From NCBI RefSeq assembly GCF_004010195.1, contig NC_057719.1, positions 28,819,309-28,859,948 on the forward strand: 40,640 bases of DNA, read 5' to 3'. The first letter of the stretch is position 1. The number at the start of each line of letters is the position of its first letter. This document shows positions 12,393 to 23,593 of this stretch, one piece after another. The notes beneath the pieces were generated by a model. That model saw only the letters and a program-made list of their open reading frames with translations, was not told where the DNA came from and did not search any database. The position numbers were made by a program, and so were the translations under genes. Source of the stretch: Chiloscyllium plagiosum. Taxonomy: Eukaryota.

Positions 12393-12530
12393 CTTAAACT
12401 GAAGATCTGTCTGCCCTCTCAGATAGACTTACAAAATCCCATGGCATTATTTCTAATAAGAATGTGGGAGAAGGAGATTGTGCTTTTTGCCTCCCACCCT
12501 TTTAGAATAAAGGTGTTACATTTGCTGTCT
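12393..12530 (+). mobile_element. Deu-domain SINE 3' half
   Basis: TTAAACTGAAGATCTGTCTGCCCTCTCAG...AAAATCCCATGGCATTATTT, the recalled continuation of 9839-9992. Confidence 0.6.
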
Positions 12531-12655
12531 GCAAAGTAAGATTTCCTGAATCAAGGTAGTTGTGGAAAATTTAAACCAATGCATCAACAATCTCATTAGC
12601 TACTTCTCTTACAAGCATAGAATGAAATCAATCAGGACCTGGACTCTTGTCAACC

Positions 12656-13217
12656 TAGGAGTCATGTTGGAGCTGTACAGAACTTTGGTTAGGCCACAAC
12701 TGGAGTACTGTGTGCAGGTCTGGTCACCACACTATAAGAAAGATGTGATAGTACATGAGGGGGTGCAAATAAGATTCACCAGGATGTTGCCTAGGATGGA
12801 GCATTTGGCTGGATAAGCTTGGGCTGTTTATTTACAGCAGAGAAATTTAAGTGGGGATCTAATAGAGGTGTACAAGATTATGATGGGCATGGCCAGGGTA
12901 AATAAAAAGCAGTGGTTCCCATTAATCAATGGCCAGTAACAAGAGAACATAATTTTATCATGAAAAGCAGTAGGTTTAGGGGAAATATGAGGAAATATTC
13001 TTTCTCCCAGAGGATGGTGGGGTTTCTGGAATGCATTGCCTGGGATGGTAGTTGAGGCAGAAAGCCTCACAACCTTTAAGTAGTACTTGAATAAGCACTT
13101 GAAGTGTCATGTATTCCTAGGGATGGAAAACGTGATGAATGTAGGCAATAGTGTATTTTTGATGATACAGATCTGTTGTGCCAATGGGCCTCTTCTGTAT
13201 TGTATGATTCTATGATT
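12656..13217 (+). mobile_element. CR1 LINE 3' end
   Basis: VMLELYRTLVRPQLEYCVQVWSPHYKKD...VQIRFTRMLP; ends in ATGATTCTATGATT. Confidence 0.92.
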
Positions 13218-13342
13218 TGCAGCTCGAAGAATTTATCAGTAATTGCTTCTCTGGTGATTCTAATTTTTTCTAAGTTCTACCCTCCTTCCATTTTGTGATG
13301 TGTAGCTGCTTTTTAGATGTTAATGGTCTCCTAAATAATGAA

Positions 13343-13542
13343 GGGCAAAAGTGAGGACTGCAGATGCTGGAAATCAGAGTCTAGATTAGAGTGGTGCTGG
13401 AAAAGCACAGCAGGTCAGGCAGCATCCGAGAAGCAGGAAAATCAACATTTTGGGCAAAAGCCCTTCATCAGGAATTTGATTTTCCTGCTCCTTGGATGCT
13501 GCCTGACCTGCTGTGCTTTTCCAGCACCACTTTAATCTAGAC
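13343..13542. mobile_element. Penelope-like terminal repeat remnant arranged as an inverted repeat
   Basis: 67-bp arms at 13379-13445 and 13476-13542. Same family as 18510-18603 and 21751-21808, the latter adjoining a GIY-YIG fragment across the gap. Confidence 0.8.
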
Positions 13543-14549
13543 ACCTAAATATTGAAGACCAATGCAAAACACAGGTTCAATTCATTTGTCATGTCCCTAT
13601 TTTTATTAATTTCCCAGGTATATTTTCTCTGGTACCAACAGTCACTTTGTTATCTCTTTTTAAAATATTTTTCAAAACTCTTACTATCTGTTTTTATATT
13701 TCTGTCTAGCTTTCTCTTCCACTGTACTTTTTCTTTCTTTATACATTGGTCAGGAAAAATAAAACAAATACAACTTTTTATTTCGCAGTGACATACAGTA
13801 TGTGGAAGATGTGTATGTCAGCAACAATATAATGGCAATATAAAGCTAAGAACTAACCTATAGAACCAAAGTCCATGTAGACTGAATGAAATGATAGCAA
13901 ATGACCCGTCTCTCTATTGGGGTGCCATTGAAGACATTCAAACAGCCTATGTTTGTGTACAGGAAAATATATGAAATGTGAAAAATATCAATATAACGGG
14001 AAACAACAAGGAAAATATACCGCCAAAGAGAATATCATGTGAATAGAGGAGGGGACAACGTTTTTTTTTGTTATGTGCAAGATTCTTTTCCGATCCTTTA
14101 TATAATAAACCTAACGAGGAAGCAAACACTGTTAAACTTGCTAATCGCAAATAACCTGTCGCAGATAAGTGAAGCGTGCGAGATCTTCAATGGAGAAGTA
14201 ATCACAATTTAATGCGATTTATGACTCTATGACTGCGAAAGGTGTACAAAAGACCAAAGTAATAGATTATCCCTTTTTTTAAAAAAAAAGCCGTCTGAGG
14301 GAATGAGGGTAAATTGATCAAAAGTATTGTGAGCGTACAATATTTCAAGTGGGTCGGGAAATACAGGTACATCCCATTAAAAAGAACATGCAAGCCAAGA
14401 GGGAGATTTTATGGCAAAATAAGGATATGATAAAAGAAAGATGGGGGAGATATTTAGAAAGTTCTTAAATTATGGGAAAAAAAGACAAAAGACACTAAAA
14501 TAACTTTGGGAAGGAAGTTAAAAGACAATTAGGAAGACAATGCGAAAAG

Positions 14550-14720
14550 ATTCCGACATTTAAAATGCAGCTGGATGGGTATATGAATAGAAAGGATTTA
14601 AAGGAATATGGGCCAAAATCTGGCAACTGGGACTAGATTTGTTTATTTGGGATATCTGGTGGCATGGATAAGTTGGACCGAAGGGTCTGTTTCCCTGCTG
14701 TATATCTCAATGTTTCTATG
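14550..14720 (+). mobile_element. CR1 3' tail fragment
   Basis: ACATTTAAAATGCAGCTGGATGGGTATATGAATAG...GGACCGAAGGGTCTGTTTCC, homologous to 1584-1740. Confidence 0.9.
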
Positions 14721-15949
14721 AAAAGGATAAAAGAAAATAAATAGAAATAGCAGTTTATTCCATCGACACACAAAAAACAAATGAACACTTAGAATTGGTA
14801 GGAGCCACTGACAAACTCGACAAATGGTTCTGAAATAACGAACAGATTTTAAAGAATCCTTTTTTTATTAATGATGCTGCAACGATTATTTCCGATTCCT
14901 CTGTTTTCTTTGATTTTTTTAAAAAATGTGCTTTTCGGTTTTGTTCTGAAGGACACTATCCTGAATTTTCAGCGGGCTTTTCACCATCGAAACTGACTGT
15001 TCTCAGCATGCTTGTTCGATTCCAAAATTTTCAAGCTTTCTTTTGTTTTTGTTTTAAATTGGGGCATGTAAGAAGGTTCTGAAGGAATGCACCAAGTCCC
15101 ACTTCATAACGTTATTAAAGAGTTAAACTAAACCCATTCATCAACCAGCAGAGAAAGTAACTCTTCAAATCCAAATCACATAAAAATCTGGATGAAATCC
15201 TGCGTGCTCATTAATGGAATCCTGCTGAGGAGCCGCTGTCTTAGGCATTTGCTGTATGTTTATGCACAGATTGTTTACTCTTGACATGCTGATGACACAA
15301 AAACCACCAATACCCCGCCGAACTTAGCAAAGGCTCGGAGAGTAAAACTCACTTAAAGCTCAGCTCCTACGTAATTGTGTTTAGTGTTACCTTCCAAGGC
15401 ATTGCAGCGAGCAACGAAAATCACTAAGTTTAATTACATTCCAAAAATCGCACAACTCATCTGACAAATTCCCCGCATGGTTGAACACTTTGGCTTGTTG
15501 GTTGCTGCCTGAATTTGGGGAGGATGGCTAAACCTCACGTTTTAGGGTTCGTTACAAAAAAGTTTTCTTGTCACAAGAACAGAGAAATTTGGACCCGCCC
15601 AACACAAACGATGGAAAACCTATAAACTATGTGTGTACTTTACATGTGCATATGGGTAGACATTGAGGGAGAACTATACAAACAACCCAACTTGATTTAC
15701 AAACTTAAATAAAGTTAAACTGATTTACAACTACTTCTTTCATTTGAGTGACAATATTGATAGGTGTAGAGTTTTCAGATATCCGAAAAATAATGCATCG
15801 TTACGTTTTTAAAATGTTCTATAATAAAATATTTATTTTAATGTTTTGATAAGAACTCGTAACTATAGACTACTGGAGACAGAAAAAGGATACTAAACAG
15901 GGTTCAGTGTATTCTAGTACTTTCCCTGCCAAAAAAAGTGTAAGGAAAT

Positions 15950-16247
15950 TTAATTTCGGTTGATTGACAGTGTCTATGGAAACGGCCAGGTCTTAATCCG
16001 TCTGGACCCGCCCTCTGGTGTAGTTTGACCAATCATTCGGGAAGAGAACGACCCGAATCTGCTGCAGACTGGGTCGCCGTCACGTTGAAAACAGACAGAA
16101 CCATCCCGGGAGATAGCTTTCTGCATGAGGTGTAAAAAACTTGATCGGCAGGATCCAGCCGAAAAGACAATTCTTTGGGGCATTAGGAGCAGAAAGAGGG
16201 AAGGGGGGGGGGGGGGGGGGTTGGAAATTAGGAGAGAAAAGAGAAAC
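15950..16247 (+). promoter_or_regulatory. Putative SIX4 promoter / 5' UTR at the start of a CpG-rich island
   Basis: TGATTGACAG (PBX-MEIS/PREP decamer) at 15961-15970, GC box CCCGCCC at 16007-16013, CCAAT at 16029-16033. CpG density rises here and stays high through exon 1 and proximal intron 1. Confidence 0.55.
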
Positions 16248-16981
16248 ATGTCTTCCGCTTCAAACGAAATCACGAGCACAATTGAGGTTAAAGAAGAAAA
16301 CGACAGCTTGCAACCAAAGATCAACACACTGGGTTCTGCAGCCACTCTGGAGCCTGAAGTGAGTGCACTTTCTACAAGCCCGGAGATTTCCGATCAGGTA
16401 CCCGTGGAACTGTTAACCAACCCCGCCGCGGCGCTGACTTTTTCGCCGGAGCAAGTGGCGTGTGTGTGCGAGGCTTTGCAACAAGGAGGGAACCTGGATC
16501 GCTTAGCCCAGTTCTTGTGGTCCCTGCCTCCCAGCGATCTGCTACGTGGCAACGAAAGCATCCTGAAAGCCCGGGCTCTGGTGGCTTTCCACCAGAGTCG
16601 CTACAAAGAGCTGTACAGCATTCTGGAGAGTCATAACTTCGACGCGTCCTGCCACACTTCCCTGCAGGATCTATGGTACAAAGCCCGGTACACAGAAGCC
16701 GAGAAAGTCCGCGGCCGGCCCCTGGGGGCTGTGGATAAGTACAGGCTGCGCAGGAAATTCCCCTTGCCCAGGACCATATGGGACGGCGAGGAGAGGGTCT
16801 ACTGCTTCAAGGAGAAATCGCGGAATGCGCTCAAAGAGTTGTACAAACAGAATCGCTACCCATCGCCGGCCGAGAAGCGGAATCTGGCCAAGATCACAGG
16901 GCTTTCCCTCACCCAGGTCAGCAACTGGTTCAAAAATAGGCGCCAGCGAGACCGTAATCCATCGGAAAACCAGTCGAAAAG
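16248..16981 (+). CDS. SIX4: SIX4 coding exon 1 (SIX domain + K50 homeodomain)
   Basis: Translation contains [30 protein letters not shown]...[27 protein letters not shown] and [38 protein letters not shown], near-identical to vertebrate SIX4. ATG at 16248 (AAACATGT) gives [18 protein letters not shown], resembling the human N-terminus. Donor AG|GTGAGG at 16982 (phase 2). Confidence 0.97.
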
Positions 16982-18491
16982 GTGAGGCGCCCAAACTTCC
17001 CAAGTCTTCTGTTTCCCGAGGGCGCTTCTAAATGCCACAAAATGGCGCTTATCTAGTCCTTTATTTCCTACTTTAAAGTTGCAGTGGATCATGAGGCATC
17101 GTAGAACCTTTTTTTTCCTTGTTTATGTTCCACCACCACCCCCTCTCTCACCGGGTCAGTGGTCCGTCCGCTGCTGTTTCGGAGGGGGGGGGGGGGGGTG
17201 GCAGCGGGAGGAGAATCTCTTTTGGGGTTGGGGGGTTGTGCAGTTTTGTTTTGAAACGAGATCGAAGGGCAGCAGAACAGTTCTTCTGAGCGTGTATTTT
17301 AATTTTTTTTAAAAGAAAATTCCAGCACTTGTGTGTTTGAGGGGAGCGATGCTTTTTTTTCGGGTTTCTTTCAGCTGCTTTGCAGCATGGCCGTATACTC
17401 GCTTTGTTTTGAAACTTGAGTCTTTCCCATTCAGCTCGAATTTCAGAGGAGTGCACTTCACCAAAGCAAAGTTTGCTGCTATTCTCTCTCCCAACCCCCT
17501 CTTGGCCATATCTCACACGCACACACAAATGCTTTTGGTGAATTCACTTCAGGTCTGGGATGAGAAAAAGGAATGATTCTTCTTCCTCTTTTTTTTCGAA
17601 AGAAAATCCTGCGGTGGATTTACTTATTTGTCCTGTGCTATAAAGGGAATTAAATGTTTTGTGTTTAAAGGGGGAGTGCGCACCTGGTGGAGGTAGTGTC
17701 GAGCGACAAGCTGGCACTGTATGCATTTCAAATGGTGATGTAAGAAACTGCTGGAGGGCATTTGTAAAGTAAACGACGTGAAGGACGCCTTTGTACTTGG
17801 CCAGCGCACCATGCAGTTGTAAAGGAAAAGTCAGATTCCACAAATAGAACCAATGTTTCTGACTCATGGGCCATCCTTGTCTCCTTTTTTAATCATCCTT
17901 TTTCGTAAAAGTAAAACGAGGCACCTTCAATGCAAAAAAAACCACACACATACAATTTATAATGCGGCTAATAATGATTTGGTTGCAACTTTGAGTGTAA
18001 TCCCTAAAGGTCAGAGGATTCCAGGGAGTTGCACTATTGGGAGTGGGTCCGGTCGAGATGGCGGGAGAAAGACACCTCTGGGGCATGCTCAGCGTTTAAG
18101 ATAATAGAATATGCCATTTGCAGTTAAAATTCAAATTGAACGTTCAGACTTTTTTTGGGGGGGTAGCCGCTGGATAAAGAAAAACCGAGATCCGACTGTG
18201 GTCGGTCACCTTCGAAACTGTATTTTAAAACATGCATTCTATTGACAAAACACAAGCGGTGTGTAACAGCTCAAGATGACGGCTGCGAATCTGTAATGAA
18301 CCAGATATTGCTGAAAATGCGAAACACGCGTCTCTACAGAGAAACTATGTACTAACACTCAAAGATATCGCCCCTGAACCCAGGTAAACTTCACACAATA
18401 AGGAAGTTTAGTTAATTGCAAGCCCCTGCACCTCTTTAGATTAACGCACAAGATAGATATTTTACGTTGTACAATACAACCACGCATATTA

Positions 18492-18603
18492 AGTATTCCT
18501 GAAGGAATACTGAAGAAGGGCTTATGCCCGAAACGTCGATTCTCCTGTTCCCTGGATGCTGCCTGACCTGCTGCGCTTTTCCAGCAACACATTTTCAGCT
18601 CTG
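18492..18603. mobile_element. Penelope-like terminal repeat fragment in SIX4 intron 1
   Basis: CTGAAGAAGGGCTTATGCCCGAAACGTCGATTCTCCTG...TTTCCAGCAACACATTTTCAGCTCTG; its 3' end is the reverse complement of 21783-21808. Confidence 0.8.
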
Positions 18604-19249
18604 CATTTTTGGGAGGTCAAAGTAAGTATTTCTGGGCAAAGCCGAGGAGTTGATTAGGGCTTCTACATGAAGATAACTTTATATATTTTAAATGAGTCTG
18701 GCAGCATCAGTGGAGAGAAAGCAGAATTAACGATTTGAGTCCAATCACTCTTCTTCTGACAAACCTGCTGAGTTTTTTCTGTTTTTGTTTCTGATTTCCA
18801 TCGTCCGCAGTTCTTTGTTTATTTATAAGTGAGTTCATAACTCCACAAAAGTAGCTGAAAATCTGTATCTGGGAATAGAGAAAACAATCATTTCATTTCC
18901 GTCTCCGAATTAAAATTTACATTGTAGCAGGAAAAAAAGCGGGTATACAAATTATTGTATCACTAAATGGCACCTGCAGATTTTGATACAAGATGGATGG
19001 TATTCAATGTATAATAGTGTAGCCTTTCGTCCCATGGAGCCTGCATCGGATCTTTCAAAGAGAAGTCAGATTATTCTTAGTCTCCATATCACTATAAATG
19101 TTTCCCTCTTTATCCATCCTATTGTAATGGTTACCATTGAATTCATATCCAACAACCTGTTAGGAAGTCCTTTCAAAATTCGATCCACTCTTTTTTTTAA
19201 AGTGCTTCTGATATTTTGTTGTCAGCCATGTTAAATCTGTGCTGTCTGA

Positions 19250-20585
19250 AAGGCAAATCAGGGCAGGACTTATACACTTAATGGAAAGGTCCTGGGGAGT
19301 GTTGCTGAACAAAGAGACCTTGCAGTGCAGGTGCATAGTTCCCTGAAAGTGCAGTCACAGGTAGATAGGATAGTGAAGAAGGCATTTAGTTTGCTTTCCT
19401 TTATTGGTCAGAGCATTGAGTAAAGGGGTTGGGTGGTTATGTTACAACTGTACAGGACTTTGGTTAGGCCACTTTTGAAATATTGCATGCAGTTCTGGTC
19501 TCCCTTGTATAGAAAGAATGTTGTGAAACTTGAAATGGTTCAGAAAAGATTTATAAGGATGTTGCCAGGATTGGAGGTTTGAGCTATAGGGAGAAACTGA
19601 ATAGGCTGGGGCTGTTTCTTCTGGAGTGTCAGAGGCTTTCCTTTATTGATCAGAGTATTGAGTACAGAATTTGGGAAGTCATGTTGTGGCTGTACACGAC
19701 ATTGGTTAGGCTGCTGTGGAATATTGCGAGCAATTCTGGTCTTCCTATCAGAAAGATGTTGTAAAACTTCAAAGGATTCAGAAAAGATTTCAAGGATGTT
19801 GCCATGGTTGGAGGATTTGAGCTACAGGGAGAGGCTGAATAGGCTAGGGCTGTTTTCCCTGGAGCGTCGGAGGCTGAGGGGTGACTTTATAGAGGTTTAC
19901 AAAATTAAGAGGGGCATGGATAGGATAAATAGACAAAGTCTTTTCCCTGGGGTCAGGGAGTCCAGAACTAGAGGGCATAGGTTTAGGGTGAGAGGGGAAA
20001 GATACAAGAGACCTAAGGGGCAACGTTTTCACAGAGGGTGGTATGTGTATGGAATGAGATGCCCACGGAAGTGGTGCAGGCTGGTACAATTGCAACATTT
20101 AAAAGGCATCTGGATGGGTATATGAATAGGAAGGATTTGGAGGGATATAGGCCGGGTGCTGGCAGGTGGGACTAGATTGGGTTGAGATATCTGATCGGCA
20201 TGGACGGGTTGGACTGAAGGGTTTGTTTTGTCTCTATGACTCTATGAGGGCTTAAGATAGGATAAATAGACAAGGTCTTTTCCCTGGGTTGGGGGAGTCT
20301 AGAATTAGAGGGCATAGGTTTAGTGTGAGAGGGGAAAGATTTAAAAAGGACCTCCTAAGGGGCAAATTTTCATTCAGAGGGTGGTGCGTGTATGAAATAA
20401 ACTGCCAGAGGAAGTGGTGGAGGCTGGTACAATTTAAAAGGCATTTGGATGGGTATATGAGTAGGAAGGGCTTTGAGGGATATGGGCCAAATGCTGGCAA
20501 AGGAGACTAGATTAATTTAGGATTTAACACAGACGAGTTGGACCAATGGTTCTGTTTCCGTGCTGTACATCTCTACAACTCTATG
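19250..20585 (+). mobile_element. Three tandem, overlapping CR1 3' fragments
   Basis: Copy A ~19250-19636, copy B ~19637-20247 (with tail), copy C ~20255-20585 (with tail); SYRERLNRLGLFSLERRRLRGD. Confidence 0.93.
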
Positions 20586-20959
20586 GTTATTCACTCTTCA
20601 GCCATTGGAATTAATTTTTCCAGGATATAAATTTCTTATAATGTTTAAAAAAATACTTATGAAATTTCCTCTTAGACTTCTGTGCTGTAAAAACATATCA
20701 ATATTTCTATAACTCCCCCAACTGTGAAACAATTCTAGTAAATCATTGCTGTACCCTTTCGAAGGACTTCATGTCTTTCCGAAAATGTGATCCTCAAAAT
20801 TATAGCCTACAGTGTGGCTGGGGCTGAACTAGTGTCTTATGAAGACTGATATGACCTCATTGGCTTTGCACCCTCTGTCTCTATTTATAGAGTTGAAAGT
20901 TTCAATACTGGGAACATATCTATTACAATTGGAATGTCCAGGAAATTCTGTTTTGGGTT

Positions 20960-21422
20960 GGCAGTGCAGAGGAGCTTGACCAAGTTGATTCCTGGGATGG
21001 TGCAGTTGTCGTGTGTGGAGAGATTGAGCAGTATGGGCCGATATTCTCTTCAGGTTAGAAGAATGAGAGGCAATCTCTTAGAAATTTAAAAAAATCATAA
21101 GAGACAGATTGTTCCATCCAGTTATGCAGTTTAGAATCAGAGGATACAGTCTCTGAAAAGAGATACGCCTTAAGGACTGAGATGAGGTAGAAACTCTTCA
21201 CTCAAAGGGTAGTGAATCTTTGAAATTCTCTACCTCAGAGCAGTCTGGAAGCTCAGTCGTCGTAATGTTTGTTCAAGAGAGAGAAATTGATAGCTTTCTA
21301 GTTACTAATGAAATCAACTGATATGGTATTATGAGGGTAATATAATGTTGAGTTGATGATTAGCCATGATGTAAAAGAGTGGAGCAGGCTGAAGAGGCTG
21401 AATGGCTTCTTCTGCCTATGTT
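20960..21422 (+). mobile_element. Older CR1 subfamily 3' fragment
   Basis: TTGATTCCTGGGATGG...TTAGAAGAATGAGAGG...AAACTCTTCACTCAAAGGGTAGTGAATCT...GGCTGAATGGCTT. Confidence 0.75.
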
Positions 21423-21750
21423 CCACCAACCAGATCAAATGCTGGTCCTGACCCCACACCTTGTTGGGAGCAGCAACCTGACTGCAATTTCTGCTGGATT
21501 GGCCAATTAGTGAACAGGTCCTTGAAGCTAGAGGACTAATAGGTCCTCCACCAAGGAGCTGCTCCCTACCAGTACAGTTGAAAGGAAGTGTCCATTCTGA
21601 GATGCACTCCCGCCACTTGTAAAGTATTAAAATTCACCACAACTGCTAGACTCCCCATTTGTGGAGGGGAATACCATGGAGGCCTGCAGGCCAACTGGTA
21701 AATTTTAGTCAGCCTGTGATCAATGGCCTTCATTGGTTATTTCAATTAAT

Positions 21751-22085
21751 AGGAGAAAGTGAGGACTGCAGATGCTGGAGATCAGAGCTGAAAATGTGTT
21801 GCTGGAAANNNNNNNNNNNNNNNNNNNNNNNNNNNNNNNNNNNNNNNNNNNNNNNNNNNNNNNNNNNNNNNNNGGGAGGGGAAATGAGGAAACTGGAGAA
21901 ATCTGAGTTCATCCCTTGTGGTTGGAGGGTTCCTAGGCAGAAGATGAGACGCTCTTCCTCCAACCGTCGTGTTGCTATGGTCTGGCGATGGAGGAGTCCA
22001 AGGACCTGCATGTCCTTGATGGAGTGGGAGGGGGAGTTGAAGTGTTGAGCCACGGGGTGGTTGGGTTGGTTGGTCCGGGTGTCCC
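21751..22085 (-). mobile_element. Young Penelope-like element 3' end spanning an assembly gap
   Basis: Minus-strand HPVAQHFNSPSHSIKDMQVLGLLHRQTIATRRLEEERLIFCLGTLQPQGMN (GIY-YIG endonuclease C-terminal part), plus terminal repeat at 21751-21808. Confidence 0.85.
21809..21873. other. Assembly gap (65 N)
   Basis: Run of N bases. Confidence 1.
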
Positions 22086-23234
22086 ACGTTTCAGAGAACA
22101 CCTCTTTTCCGCTTCCAAATCAGGACCAAAACCCTGCTTCTAGTCTTGGCATTTACTCAGCATTGGGAATCCATTGTGACTGTGGCCTCTGAAAGACAAC
22201 TCTCTTCTATGCTACTTGTGCTCCCTTTTTCAATGTTGTCTGTTGCTGTGTGAAAAATTGCCTCAAATTTCTGGTTTTACCATGTGTCCACTGGGAACTG
22301 AAATGTCACAAGCATTATGCTACCCAAGGTCAAGTACATTTCATACGGGATTTGTTGAGATGGCAAAAGACGAAAACTTCACCTTATCAGTCTGATCTCG
22401 ATTAAGTACTGATCCCACACTTGTAGATTAATGCTCAAGTCAATTGGACAGTACACCATCCCTCCTTCCTGAGGACAGCTGCAAGTCTGAACGTCACTGT
22501 AATAATGTTTCAGTGATTATGATACCAATTTATACTGATGTTTATTCTGATGTTATGTAGCTGTGTTCAAACAGATGGGCTGAGATAACCTGGACTTTTA
22601 TGTCTTGCAGTTTTGATACAGTATAACCAGTGGATTTTGGTTCAATGTCACTGTTTACATTTAATATCATGCCTTTTAGAGGACTTAAATATTTGATTTA
22701 TTTCTCTTACTGTTCCTTTCACTTTCCAATATCTGTCAGGTACATCAAACTGAAAGCTGAAAATGTTCTGTGTGTTATTGCGATCGGTTATAATTTTTAT
22801 GTAATGTATCATTTTTAAAAATCGAACACTTCAACTTAGTCATCCGTTAACCAGTTAGCAATAAACATATTTTATTGTGCGAGCTATTTAAGTCATCTTC
22901 AGTGCAATATTTTATATTCTGTAATATCTAATGTTATGCTTTTCCCGTTTTTATGAGATCATAAGTGAGTGTCAGCCATTCAACCCAACAAGAGTGCTGT
23001 TTAATAAAATCATGACTGATGTATCATTTTAACTCTATTTTCTCACCTGACCCCATTAATACTTAAGGCTTGTTTGTGAATTACGCACATACTACCATTT
23101 TTGTTTAATCCAGGATAGTCGTTAGTGGATTAATTCCATGCATTCCTATTACATAAAATTTGATAATTTTCAAGATGTAAGTTAAGCATTATACAGTAAT
23201 GAGTGTTTTTGTATTTTTAAACTTCTTTCTGCAG

Positions 23235-23593
23235 TGAGTCAGATGGTAATCACAGCACTGAAGATGAGTCCAGCAAGGGTCAAGAAGACATGTCGCCTCG
23301 TCCATTGTCAAATCCATCTGATGGGATGAACCACTCCAACGTCCATAGTCCTCCAGAAGGCATGTTCATGCATCATATCGGGGAGCTGAAGCCTTCCCAG
23401 AATTCCTCTGGCATACTACTGAATGGAAATCTTGTAACTACAAATGGCTCTCCTGTGTTTTACAGTGGAAGTTCTTTCATCCAAGGTCCTAATGGAGTCC
23501 TTGTTAATGGATTGTCTTTAGGAAATGCCCAGACAATAAGTTTAAGCCCAATAGGAACCACTCCCAGCGTGCTGGTTAATGGTATTTCAAATG
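23235..23593 (+). CDS. SIX4: SIX4 coding exon 2 (5' part of the human exon 2 equivalent)
   Basis: Acceptor CTTCTTTCTGCAG ends at 23234. AG+T completes Ser, then ESDGNHSTEDESSKGQEDMSPRPLS...SFIQGPNGVLVNGL matches SIX4. The 3' end is inferred from donor ATG|GTGAGT at 23594. Confidence 0.9.

Noticed and set aside
1..15950. Exons of the expected neighbour MNAT1 on the minus strand
   Set aside because: I found no MNAT1-like RING peptide in the ORF track or by eye; a short exon could have been missed.
15974..17528. Antisense and alternative-frame ORFs over exon 1
   Set aside because: Expected in GC-rich sequence; no recognisable protein motifs.
21659..22048. ORFs spanning the N gap
   Set aside because: Their continuity is an artefact of unknown bases; only the Penelope-like fragment is supported.
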